A stretch of 64,000 bases of DNA from an uncultured Bacilli bacterium (GTDB lineage: Bacteria > Bacillota_I > Bacilli_A > RF39 > UBA660): NCBI GenBank assembly GCA_944350495.1, contig CALVOZ010000002.1, forward strand, positions 222,193-286,192, given 5' to 3'. Positions within the stretch are counted from its first letter, which is position 1; each line of letters starts with the position of its first letter. The position numbers and the translations under genes are program-made. The notes below the pieces were generated by a model. That model made no database searches. It was not told the DNA's origin and saw only the letters and a list, made by a program, of their open reading frames with translations. Of the stretch, positions 50,562 through 59,678 are shown piece by piece.

Positions 50562-51155
50562 ATGTATAAGATAATCGATGAGAAGACAACTTATATAGAT
50601 GATACAGTAGTTATTGAGGATGGGTGTATTATTTATCCTAATACGACTATCATTGGTCATTCACGGATTGGTGCAAATACTATTGTTTATCCTAGTACAG
50701 TAATTGAAGATTCAATTATTGGAATGAATAATATTATTTATACTTCATACGTAGTTAAAAGTGAAATAGGTAATAATAATGTTATTGGGCCATATGCCCA
50801 TATAAGACCTAGTTGTAAGATTAATAATAATAATAAAATAGGGTCTTTCGTTGAGGTAAAGAATAGCAAGATTGAAAATTGCGTTAAAATCCCGCATTTA
50901 AGCTATGTAGGAGATGCAATTGTTGAAAATAATGTAAATATAGGTGCTGGTGTAAAAACCGCTAATTATAACGGTAAAAATAAATATAAAACCAACATTG
51001 AAGATGGTGTATTCATAGGCTGTAATGCAGTTTTAGTCGCACCAGTTACGTTGCATAAAAATAGTTTTATTGCAGCAGGTTCAACAATTACAAATGATGT
51101 TCCAGCTAACGCATTAGCAATCGCAAGAGAAAGGCAAGTTAACAAAGAAAAATAA
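50562..51155 (+). CDS. Stand-alone left-handed beta-helix acetyltransferase equivalent to the GlmU C-terminal domain
   Basis: 197 aa, co-linear with the Bacillus GlmU/GcaD C-terminal half: IGPYAHIRP, KIPHLSYVGDA, NYNGKNKYKT.IEDGVFIGCN..LVAPVT and ALAIARERQVNK. It has its own RBS (AAGGTGG), and no uridyltransferase domain lies upstream. Confidence 0.8.
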   Translation: MYKIIDEKTTYIDDTVVIEDGCIIYPNTTIIGHSRIGANTIVYPSTVIEDSIIGMNNIIYTSYVVKSEIGNNNVIGPYAHIRPSCKINNNNKIGSFVEVKNSKIENCVKIPHLSYVGDAIVENNVNIGAGVKTANYNGKNKYKTNIEDGVFIGCNAVLVAPVTLHKNSFIAAGSTITNDVPANALAIARERQVNKEK

Positions 51156-51194
51156 TTTGCCTTTTTTATTATATAAAAGGATATGGAGGTATTT

Positions 51195-51890
51195 ATGAAT
51201 ATTGTTATTTGCGAAGATGACAATTGTTGTAGAAGTATAGAAGTAAAAATTGTAAAAGAATATATGAATGAAGTTAATGAAGAATATAAAATAATAGAAT
51301 TTAACGACTATGATTCTAGGTTTCGAAAAATAATTAATACTAAGTGTAAAAAGATATACATCTTAGATATAGAAACACCCTCGGCATCTGGTATTGATAT
51401 TGCTCGTGACATTAGGAAGAATGATACTGAAAGTGTTATTATTTTTATAACTGGTCATGATGAATATGGAAAATTAGTCTTAAAAAGAAATATATCTTGT
51501 TTAACTTTTATAAATAAGTTTGATAATTTAAAAGTAGAATTAAGAGATGCTTTAAAAGATGCCTGTCATTATTTAAAAAATGATATGGTTATTAAGATAA
51601 TTGATTCTAGTGTTACTTATAACATTAGATTAAATAGGGTGTTATATATCACTAAAGATAGTATTGAAAGACGTACTATTGTAAAATTAGATAATACTGA
51701 ATATAGACTAAATATGCCACTTCGGAATGTAAAAGATTTATTTGGTAGTAAATTTATTCAAACTCATCGGAGTTGTTTTGTTAATAAATCGAGGATTTCA
51801 ATAATAGATCATAAAAAGAAAACTATTACTTTTGATAATGGTAATATAATTGATTTATTATCAGCAACTTATGAAAGAGAGTTACGCTAA
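51195..51890 (+). CDS. LytTR-family response regulator
   Basis: Receiver domain (ICEDD, ILDIETP, IIFITGH) plus a LytTR domain (FIQTHRSCFVNKSRI). Confidence 0.9.
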   Translation: MNIVICEDDNCCRSIEVKIVKEYMNEVNEEYKIIEFNDYDSRFRKIINTKCKKIYILDIETPSASGIDIARDIRKNDTESVIIFITGHDEYGKLVLKRNISCLTFINKFDNLKVELRDALKDACHYLKNDMVIKIIDSSVTYNIRLNRVLYITKDSIERRTIVKLDNTEYRLNMPLRNVKDLFGSKFIQTHRSCFVNKSRISIIDHKKKTITFDNGNIIDLLSATYERELR

Positions 51891-52625
51891 ATGAATTATT
51901 TATTATTATTTTTAATATGTTTAATTTTATTAATTATTATAGTATTTACTATTTTATATATTATATTTAAAATTTATTTAAAAAAATATAATTGTTTAAT
52001 TAAGACAATTAAAGATTATGATGATTTAATTTGTACTAATAATACAAATAATCATGAAATAAAAAATCAATTATTAACGATTAGAAATATGTCTAAAAAT
52101 AAAAAAGTAATTAGCTATATTGATTCGATTTTAAATAATCAAGATTTAGATGATAGAAATATATTGAAAAAAGTAATAAAAATTCCCTGTGGAGGTTTAC
52201 GCGGTTTAATTTATTCAAAATTATTAGTTATGCAAAATAATAATATTAATTATGAATTATATATAGATAAGAAAGTATGTACTAAAAATATTAATAAGAT
52301 TAGTTCTAATGATATGGTTGATTTGTGTAAAATTATAGGTGTATTTTTAGATAATTCAATAGATGCAGTAATACCGCTTAAAAAGAAAAATATTGTTATT
52401 GAAATATACGTTGATTGTGCAGACTTAGTTATTTCAATAACGAATAATTATGATGGTTTTATTGATATTAATAAGTTAGGCAATAGTGGCTTTACTACTA
52501 AATCTAAGGGTCATGGCTATGGTTTAAAACTAGTGAGAGATATCCTAAGTAAGAATAAAAAATTAGAAAATACTAAAGAGTTTTATAATGACTATTTTAC
52601 GCAAAATATAAAGGTAAAATTATAA
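51891..52625 (+). CDS. HPK10 (AgrC/ComD-type) GHKL histidine kinase with only one TM segment
   Basis: 244 aa with a single N-terminal TM, H-box NNHEIKNQLLTI at about residue 55, N-box FLDNSIDAV and G-box GHGYGLKLV. Confidence 0.85.
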   Translation: MNYLLLFLICLILLIIIVFTILYIIFKIYLKKYNCLIKTIKDYDDLICTNNTNNHEIKNQLLTIRNMSKNKKVISYIDSILNNQDLDDRNILKKVIKIPCGGLRGLIYSKLLVMQNNNINYELYIDKKVCTKNINKISSNDMVDLCKIIGVFLDNSIDAVIPLKKKNIVIEIYVDCADLVISITNNYDGFIDINKLGNSGFTTKSKGHGYGLKLVRDILSKNKKLENTKEFYNDYFTQNIKVKL

Positions 52626-52816
52626 TGTCTCAAACCAATACAAAATTGCTTGAATTAATAAATTTTTATAAAAACTTATTTCAAGCAAAAATTTGATAGT
52701 TTCGTACAAAAATTATTTAATGAATTTTTGAGATATGATATTATCTAAATTATCCGCAGGTCATAAGGCGGAGTAGTAGGAGTGATGTAGTATAGAGTAG
52801 AAGGGAGATGTTATTT

Positions 52817-53032
52817 GTGCTTACTGGTAAAGTAAAGTGGTTCAATAACGAAAAGGGATACGGCTTTATCGAATATAATGATATGGAAGATATTTTCGTA
52901 CATTATTCAACAATCTTGTCTGACGGCTATAAAACATTAGTTGAGGGTCAATATGTAACCTTTGAATTAGTAAGAACTGATAAAGGATTACAGGCCAAAA
53001 ATGTAGTAGAAAACAAAGCTGCGTTAGTATAA
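52817..53032 (+). CDS. Cold-shock protein (CspA family)
   Basis: [17 protein letters not shown] and VHYS RNP motifs. The GTG at 52817 lies 9 nt after AAGGGAG. The track ATG at 52808 abuts the RBS. Confidence 0.9.
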   Translation: MLTGKVKWFNNEKGYGFIEYNDMEDIFVHYSTILSDGYKTLVEGQYVTFELVRTDKGLQAKNVVENKAALV

Positions 53033-53046
53033 GCAGTTTTTATTTT
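53015..53046 (+). terminator. Putative terminator after csp
   Basis: AAAGCTGC / GCAGTTTT stem (one G-U pair), then a T-rich tract. Confidence 0.4.
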
Positions 53047-53133
53047 GCATAAAATAAGGTATTATTTTCAAAAAATCATTTGACAGTTAATTGATAATAT
53101 ATAAGGTTATGGTATAATTAAATAGAGGTAACT

Positions 53134-54339
53134 ATGAAGAAGAAAATAATAATAAGTACACTAATTTTAACAATTTTTTTATTATTTTTAACTGTAATTA
53201 TTATTGAAAATAATGAGAAAAAGAGAAAAGAAAAAGCTACTATTGAAGTAGTTTTAAAAGATGATTTAAGTACAAGTTTTTTAGAACAAAAAAAAGTATC
53301 TGATTACATTACCAGTATCAATGGTAAAATTGTAAATGATTATGAAATAGATACAACAAAATTAGGAACTCAAGATATTAATTTTGAATTTATTAATAAC
53401 GATGGTATCAAATTAAATTACGATTTTCAAATTGAGGTTAAAGATACTAAATCACCTTTAGCATTTGTAAATAGTACATATTATATAAAAAAAGGTGGTT
53501 CTAAAAATTTTTATAAAAGTATTTTTTGTGGTGATGATTATGATCCTAACCCTAAATGTTATATTGAAGGTGAATATGATACCAAAAAAGTAGGAACTTA
53601 TCCAGTTAAGTTTATAGCTGAAGATTCTAGTGGTAATAGATATACAAAGGATATAAACATAGTTGTGTATAATCCTAGTCATAGTAGTGGTGGTGGCTCT
53701 TCAGTTAACAAAAAGAAAACATATTTTAATGATGTTTATGAAAAGTATAAAAGTAATAATACTAAAATAGGAATTGATGTATCAAAATGGCAAGGTGAAA
53801 TAGATTTTGATCAATTAAAAGAAGCTGGAGTTGAATTCATTATTATTCGGGTTGGCTGGGGATATTTAGGAGAATATACAATTGATGAAAATTTTAAACG
53901 CAACATTAGTGAGGCTAACCGTGTTGGTATTCCAGTCGGTGTATATTTTTATTCATATGCGAGTAGTCGAAATGAATCAATTCAAGATGCTTTATGGGTT
54001 GTAGAGCAACTAAAAGGTTATCAAGTTGATTTACCAATTGCTTTTGACTGGGAAGATTGGGGAGACTTTAATGACTATAATGTAAGTTTTTATAGTTTAT
54101 CGGAAGTAGCTAGAGTGTTTCTAGATGTTGTAGGTCTATATGGATATGATGGTATGTTATATGGTAGTAAAAATTATTTAGAAAAAATATGGCTAGATAT
54201 TGGTTATGATATTTGGTTAGCCCATTATACAAATAAGACTGATTATCAAGGCGATTATACATTTTGGCAACTATGTCAAGACGGTAGAGTATCAGGTATT
54301 AAAGGTGATGTCGATATTAATATTTGGTATTTGGATTAA
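53134..54339 (+). CDS. Membrane-anchored GH25 muramidase with an N-terminal Ig-like region
   Basis: N-terminal TM, a Ser/Gly linker (SHSSGGGSS) and a GH25 core (IGIDVSKWQGEIDFDQLKEAGVEFIIIRVG...FDWE). Confidence 0.88.
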   Translation: MKKKIIISTLILTIFLLFLTVIIIENNEKKRKEKATIEVVLKDDLSTSFLEQKKVSDYITSINGKIVNDYEIDTTKLGTQDINFEFINNDGIKLNYDFQIEVKDTKSPLAFVNSTYYIKKGGSKNFYKSIFCGDDYDPNPKCYIEGEYDTKKVGTYPVKFIAEDSSGNRYTKDINIVVYNPSHSSGGGSSVNKKKTYFNDVYEKYKSNNTKIGIDVSKWQGEIDFDQLKEAGVEFIIIRVGWGYLGEYTIDENFKRNISEANRVGIPVGVYFYSYASSRNESIQDALWVVEQLKGYQVDLPIAFDWEDWGDFNDYNVSFYSLSEVARVFLDVVGLYGYDGMLYGSKNYLEKIWLDIGYDIWLAHYTNKTDYQGDYTFWQLCQDGRVSGIKGDVDINIWYLD

Positions 54340-54406
54340 CTCTTAATTATTTTTAATTTGTAATTGTATAATTTTATGATATAATGAAAATGGAGAGGAT
54401 GATCTT

Positions 54407-54934
54407 ATGAAATTTAATATTCATGGCAAAAAAGTCGAAGTTACAGAGCCAATTAAAAATTATATTGAAGAAAAAATTGGTCGACTAGACAAGTACTTTG
54501 CAAACCCTGATGACGTTACTGCAACAGTTGTCATAAGAATAAGAGGGATTGAACAAATAGTAGAAGTAACTATTCCAATCTACAAAATTATTCTACGTGG
54601 AGAAGAAAGCCACAGCGATTTATATGCTGCAATCGATATTGTTTCGGAAAAGTTAGATAGGCAAATTAGAAAAAATAAGACACGTATGAGTAAAAGAGTG
54701 AAGGAAGAGCCAATCGGATTTGATCTTTCATTTGAAGATTATAGAGATGAAGATGAAACATCAATTGTTAAAAGAAAAGTAATAGAAATGAAGCCAATGA
54801 GTGAGGAAGAAGCAATCCTACAAATGAATATGTTAGGACATGAATTTTTTGTATTTAAAAATATGGAAACTGGCGAAGTAGATGTTTTATATAAGAGAAA
54901 AGACGGAAATTACGGAATTATTGAAACAAAATAG
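54407..54934 (+). CDS. hpf: Ribosome hibernation promoting factor (long form)
   Basis: 175 aa with MKFNIHGKKVEVTEPIKNYIEEKIGRLDKYF and a C-terminal dimerisation domain. Confidence 0.93.
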   Translation: MKFNIHGKKVEVTEPIKNYIEEKIGRLDKYFANPDDVTATVVIRIRGIEQIVEVTIPIYKIILRGEESHSDLYAAIDIVSEKLDRQIRKNKTRMSKRVKEEPIGFDLSFEDYRDEDETSIVKRKVIEMKPMSEEEAILQMNMLGHEFFVFKNMETGEVDVLYKRKDGNYGIIETK

Positions 54935-54953
54935 GCTTTAAGCCTATTTTTTT
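54931..54953 (+). terminator. Intrinsic terminator after hpf
   Basis: ATAGGC / GCCTAT stem, then a T-run. Confidence 0.65.
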
Positions 54954-55041
54954 ATTAAATTTTATGAAAAATTAAATGTTAAACTGTTATTTTAAGGTAA
55001 TTTTTGATATCATATTATATGAGCACAAAGGAGAATGAAAC

Positions 55042-57528
55042 ATGAATTTTTTTAAAAAATTATTTGATCATGAATATAAAGAACTAACTAAATTTAAAAC
55101 AATAGCTGATCAAGTTATGGCACTTGATGAGGAATATAGCAAGTTATCAGATCAAGAGTTAAAAAATAAGACTAAAGAATTCAAAGAACGTTTGACTAAT
55201 GGTGAGACATTAGAGGATATAAAAGTAGAAGCATTTGCTACTGCTCGTGAAGCCGCATTTCGTGTAATTGGTGAAAAACCATATTATGTACAAATTATTG
55301 GTGGTTTAGCAATTCACTATGGAAATATTGCTGAAATGAAAACAGGTGAAGGTAAAACTTTAACATCAACAATGCCAGCATATTTAAATGCTTTAACAGG
55401 TGAAGGTGTTCATATAATTACTGTAAATGAATATTTAGCAGGTCGTGATGCAGGTTGGATGGGAGAAATTTATCGTTTCCTAGGTTTATCGGTTGGTGTA
55501 AACTATCGTGAATTAACCCCAACTGAAAAAAGAGAAGCATACAATTGTGATATTTTATATTCAACAAACAATGAAATCGGTTTTGACTATTTAAGAGATA
55601 ATATGGTCATAAGAGCAAGTGATCGTGTTGCTCGACCATATAACTTTGCAATTATAGACGAAGTTGACTCAGTATTAATTGATGAAGCAAGAACTCCATT
55701 AATTATTTCAGGTGGTCATATGAAGTCTGCCAATTTATATATTCAAACTGATAAGTTTGTTAAAACTTTAAAAGAAAAAGATGGATATATTTATGATGAG
55801 CAAACTAAAGCTGTTACATTAGACCAAACAGGTATAACAAAAGCAGAAAAAACTTTTAATGTAAATAATTTATATGACATTGAAAATACTAATTTAGTTC
55901 ATTTTATTAATCAAGCTTTAAAAGCAAATTTTGCGATGAAAAGAGATTTTGATTATGTCGTTCAAGATGATAAAGTTGTAATTGTTGATTCATTTACTGG
56001 ACGTTTAATGCAAGGTCGTTCATATTCTGATGGATTACACCAAGCTATTGAAGCTAAAGAGGGTGTAACAATCAATGAAGAGACTAAGACTTTAGCAACT
56101 ATAACATTTCAAAACTTATTCCGCATGTATAAGAAATTAGCTGGTATGACAGGTACTGCTAAAACTGAAGAAGAAGAGTTTAGAGATATTTATAATATGT
56201 ACGTTATTTGTATTCCAACTAACAAACCAGTAATTCGTCAAGATTTTGGTGACTTGTTATTTGCAACGGCTGAAGGAAAATATAACGCTATTGTTAATGA
56301 AATTAAGGAAAGACATAAAAAAGGACAACCAGTATTAGTTGGTACTGTAGCTGTAGAAACAAGTGAGTTGATTAGTGAAAAATTAAAGAAGGCTAAAATA
56401 CCTCATGAAGTATTAAACGCTAAAAATCATGCTCGTGAAGCAGAAATAATTGCTAAAGCCGGTGAAAAAGGTGCAGTTACAATTGCTACTAATATGGCTG
56501 GACGTGGTACTGATATTAAACTTACAGATGAAGTAAAAGAGCTTGGTGGATTATGCGTTATTGGTACAGAGAGACACGAGTCAAGACGTATTGATAATCA
56601 ATTACGTGGGCGTGCAGGACGCCAAGGTGACCCTGGATTTAGTCAATTTTGTGTATCATTTGAGGATGATTTAATGGTACGCTTTGGAACTGATAGAGCT
56701 AAAGGGTTGCTTGCTCGTTTAGGTTTTGATGGTGAAGCAGCTATTAGAAATAAGATGTTATCTAATTCAATAGAATCAGCTCAAAAGAGAGTTGAAGGTA
56801 ACAATTTTGATATTCGTAAAACATTGCTTGAATATGATAATGTAATTAACGAACAACGTGAGATTATTTACGAAAAAAGAAACTCCATATTAGATCAAGA
56901 ATCAATTCATGAATCAGTATTGAGAACTTTTCATGACTTTGTAGAAGATGTTATTTATGAACATACTGAAGATGGTAATTTTAGTACATGTGATAAAAAT
57001 GAAATTATTGAATACTTTGACGGATTATTAAAGAAAAAATTAACGTCTGAGGAATTAGAAGTCAAAAATGAACATGAAGCAATTGAAATTATTTATACAA
57101 GATTAGTAGAAGAGTATGAAAGTAAAATAAGAGATATTCCAGAAGAAGTAGCAAATGAATTTGAAAAAGCTATCACACTTAGAGTGATAGATACTTATTG
57201 GATGGAGCATATTAATACAATGTCTCATTTAAGAGAGGGAATTCATTTACGTGGATATGCTCAAGAAAATCCATTACGTGCTTACAAGAGTGAAGGATAT
57301 GAAATGTTTGATGAACTATTATCGCGTATTGATAAACAAACAGCTACATATTTATTAAAAGCTGAAATAAGACAAAATATTGAACGTAAGAAAGTAGCTG
57401 AAGGAGTTGCTAATAACGATTCAAACAAAGTAAAGAAAGCAGAACCAAAGAGAGTTAGTAAGATAGGACGTAATGATAAATGTCCATGTGGCTCAGGGAA
57501 GAAATATAAACAATGTTGTGGAAAGTAG
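55042..57528 (+). CDS. secA: Preprotein translocase ATPase SecA
   Basis: 828 aa with MKTGEGKTL, DEVDSVLIDEARTPLIISG and a C-terminal Zn motif (CPCGSGKKYKQCCG). Confidence 0.97.
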   Translation: MNFFKKLFDHEYKELTKFKTIADQVMALDEEYSKLSDQELKNKTKEFKERLTNGETLEDIKVEAFATAREAAFRVIGEKPYYVQIIGGLAIHYGNIAEMKTGEGKTLTSTMPAYLNALTGEGVHIITVNEYLAGRDAGWMGEIYRFLGLSVGVNYRELTPTEKREAYNCDILYSTNNEIGFDYLRDNMVIRASDRVARPYNFAIIDEVDSVLIDEARTPLIISGGHMKSANLYIQTDKFVKTLKEKDGYIYDEQTKAVTLDQTGITKAEKTFNVNNLYDIENTNLVHFINQALKANFAMKRDFDYVVQDDKVVIVDSFTGRLMQGRSYSDGLHQAIEAKEGVTINEETKTLATITFQNLFRMYKKLAGMTGTAKTEEEEFRDIYNMYVICIPTNKPVIRQDFGDLLFATAEGKYNAIVNEIKERHKKGQPVLVGTVAVETSELISEKLKKAKIPHEVLNAKNHAREAEIIAKAGEKGAVTIATNMAGRGTDIKLTDEVKELGGLCVIGTERHESRRIDNQLRGRAGRQGDPGFSQFCVSFEDDLMVRFGTDRAKGLLARLGFDGEAAIRNKMLSNSIESAQKRVEGNNFDIRKTLLEYDNVINEQREIIYEKRNSILDQESIHESVLRTFHDFVEDVIYEHTEDGNFSTCDKNEIIEYFDGLLKKKLTSEELEVKNEHEAIEIIYTRLVEEYESKIRDIPEEVANEFEKAITLRVIDTYWMEHINTMSHLREGIHLRGYAQENPLRAYKSEGYEMFDELLSRIDKQTATYLLKAEIRQNIERKKVAEGVANNDSNKVKKAEPKRVSKIGRNDKCPCGSGKKYKQCCGK

Positions 57529-57987
57529 ATACAACTATGTAAACTGACTTTATCGGTGAAAAAACATGAGATTAAAATCTATAAGGAATAATTTGTTATA
57601 ATATTATGTTTAGATATTACGGCTTGTAGGACAAAATACATAGTTAGTAATAATGCTGAGCTTAATGAAAGTTGAAGACGTTATTATGACGGTTGAATAT
57701 AGAACGCTCATATTAATTAAGCTTGTTATAGTCCAGAAGTTCACATTTATGGTGAGAAACTTTATATAAGAAAAAATAAATAGTGAGCGGGCTAATGTTA
57801 AAACAATACATGTTGTTTCTAGTTTTAATGGTTTAAGGTATATGGTGGATAAAGTGAATATCGTCTTGTACAATATACTTTTAAAAATAATAATATTTAT
57901 GTAACTGAAGATGATTATTTATATTTTTTAGTTGAACTTATAATAAAATAATGAATAAAAAACCAAATAGGTTTTTTTATTTTTTAA

Positions 57988-58329
57988 AATAAAAAAACTA
58001 TCATATATGATATAATTAATTTAACTGATAATTTTCACTTAATATATAGTGATATACTTAAGTATTGTAAAGATTATAATAAAACAATTGTTATAGATTG
58101 CGCTCAATTTCATTGTATAAAAAATATAAATTTACTAAAAGGTAAAATAATTGTCATTAGAACTGATGTTGATACATGTTATCAAAGAATCATTGATAGG
58201 TGGTTAACAAAACATAGTCATATCGGGTATAGTGAAGAAGAATGGAATAAATATCAAAAAAGAAAAAAGGGTATTTGTACTTGGTATAAAGAAACTAATA
58301 AATTTATTGATAATAGAGATAAATTATAA
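57988..58329 (+). pseudogene. 5'-truncated P-loop kinase/ATPase remnant
   Basis: A 113-codon open frame with no ATG, GTG or TTG start and no Walker A. The translation ...TIVIDCAQFHCIKNINLLKGKIIVIRTDVDTCYQRIIDRWL... looks like the C-terminal two-thirds of an AAA_33/zeta-like nucleotide kinase. Confidence 0.45.
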
Positions 58330-58360
58330 TTTAGTACATTAAAATGGATGGTGGTTGAAA

Positions 58361-59215
58361 ATGAGAAGTAATGATACTAAAGGACATTTTGGTGGTGTTG
58401 TTGTTGCTAGTGTATTAGGATTTGTTTATATTTTAGTTTTATATTTAATGTGGGGAGATAGACCTTTTAATAATGAAAATGTGAATAGCTTTATTAGTGA
58501 AAATATAATAATAGTGATACTAGCAGTATTTTTTACTTTTACAGTTTTATATAGTTGGTATCGATTTATTGCTAATTACGTTATTAAGCCCAAAAAAAGT
58601 ATTTTATATTTGAAAAAAGCAAATGGAAAAATTTATTATTTTTTTGATGCTAAAGGTAATAAATATCTATATATTGATTATTTTAATGATTTTATGCCTA
58701 ATGCTTATTATGAAGTATTAAAAACTAAACACGATATAAAAGAAGTAATAGGGATAACTAAAAATACATTTACTTTGAGCAGAGAGAAGATTAATTTTTT
58801 CTTTAATTTTTATACTCCATTTTTTAGAAGTGAAAATAGCAACATACTTTTAATTGTATACTTGATTTTTATTGTAAGCTTTATTTATTTTATGAAAGAA
58901 GGTAGCTCTCAAAACCCGTTTTCTTCAATTATTACAATGTCATTGTCTTTTTTTCTTATTATATATGATATGATGTATAAATTAAAAGAAGCTCCATTTT
59001 TAAAAAAAATTATAAATTTAAAGAAAGATAAACATTTACAAAATATCGATGTAGATGCAATAAAATTAAGAAATGCTAAAATAAAAGAGTTATTATTACA
59101 TATTAAAACAATATTTGAACTGCTTTTTAGAGTGCTAATTTTATCATTTTTTGCCTATATATTTGGACTTGTAAGTTTTGGTAAAGAAATTGAACCAGCT
59201 AGAATAATTTTTTAA
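58361..59215 (+). CDS. Hypothetical polytopic membrane protein (apparently stop-interrupted)
   Basis: ATG after GGATGGTGG and several TM segments. See the in-frame continuation at 59216-59503. Confidence 0.6.
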   Translation: MRSNDTKGHFGGVVVASVLGFVYILVLYLMWGDRPFNNENVNSFISENIIIVILAVFFTFTVLYSWYRFIANYVIKPKKSILYLKKANGKIYYFFDAKGNKYLYIDYFNDFMPNAYYEVLKTKHDIKEVIGITKNTFTLSREKINFFFNFYTPFFRSENSNILLIVYLIFIVSFIYFMKEGSSQNPFSSIITMSLSFFLIIYDMMYKLKEAPFLKKIINLKKDKHLQNIDVDAIKLRNAKIKELLLHIKTIFELLFRVLILSFFAYIFGLVSFGKEIEPARIIF

Positions 59216-59503
59216 CCTTTATTTTTTTTCATTATTATACTCATTATATATCAACTTGTTATATTATTTAATTATCTAAATAATTTCTTCTTCTCTAAAT
59301 CTGAAACAATAAATAATAAAAATATTAATATCAAAAAATATTATAATTTATACATAATATTTTTCTTGATTTTTTGGTTTTCTTTTTTAACGTTTTGGTG
59401 TTTTTCGGTATTACAATCTGGGGACTTTCTTGCATTAATAATTACAATTCCTTTTTGGTGTGCTGGTATATTTTTAGGATATAAAAAGTTGAGTAAAAAA
59501 TAA
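59216..59503 (+). pseudogene. In-frame continuation of the upstream membrane protein beyond a TAA
   Basis: The same reading frame stays open for 95 more codons after TAA 59213-59215. It encodes TM-like sequence (PLFFFIIILIIYQLVILF...LIFWFSFLTFWCFSVL...LALIITIPFWCAGIFLGY). No start codon or RBS of its own is evident. Confidence 0.5.
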
Positions 59504-59678
59504 TTTTTCTTATTTGATATAATAATCAATAAAGAAAGATTATAAAAGACTGTAATAAATAACAAGAAATAAAATGGTATAATTAATTTCCATCATTGTA
59601 AAATTTTATTTTAATTTAATTATTTAATAATGATATCTAAATTATTTTGAAGAACTTTTTTGAAGTGGAGGATTAAAG

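Noticed and set aside
59341-59565. A 74-aa minus-strand ORF appears in the track.
   Set aside because: It lies opposite a 95-codon open frame that continues the upstream membrane protein in phase. It is most likely a shadow ORF.
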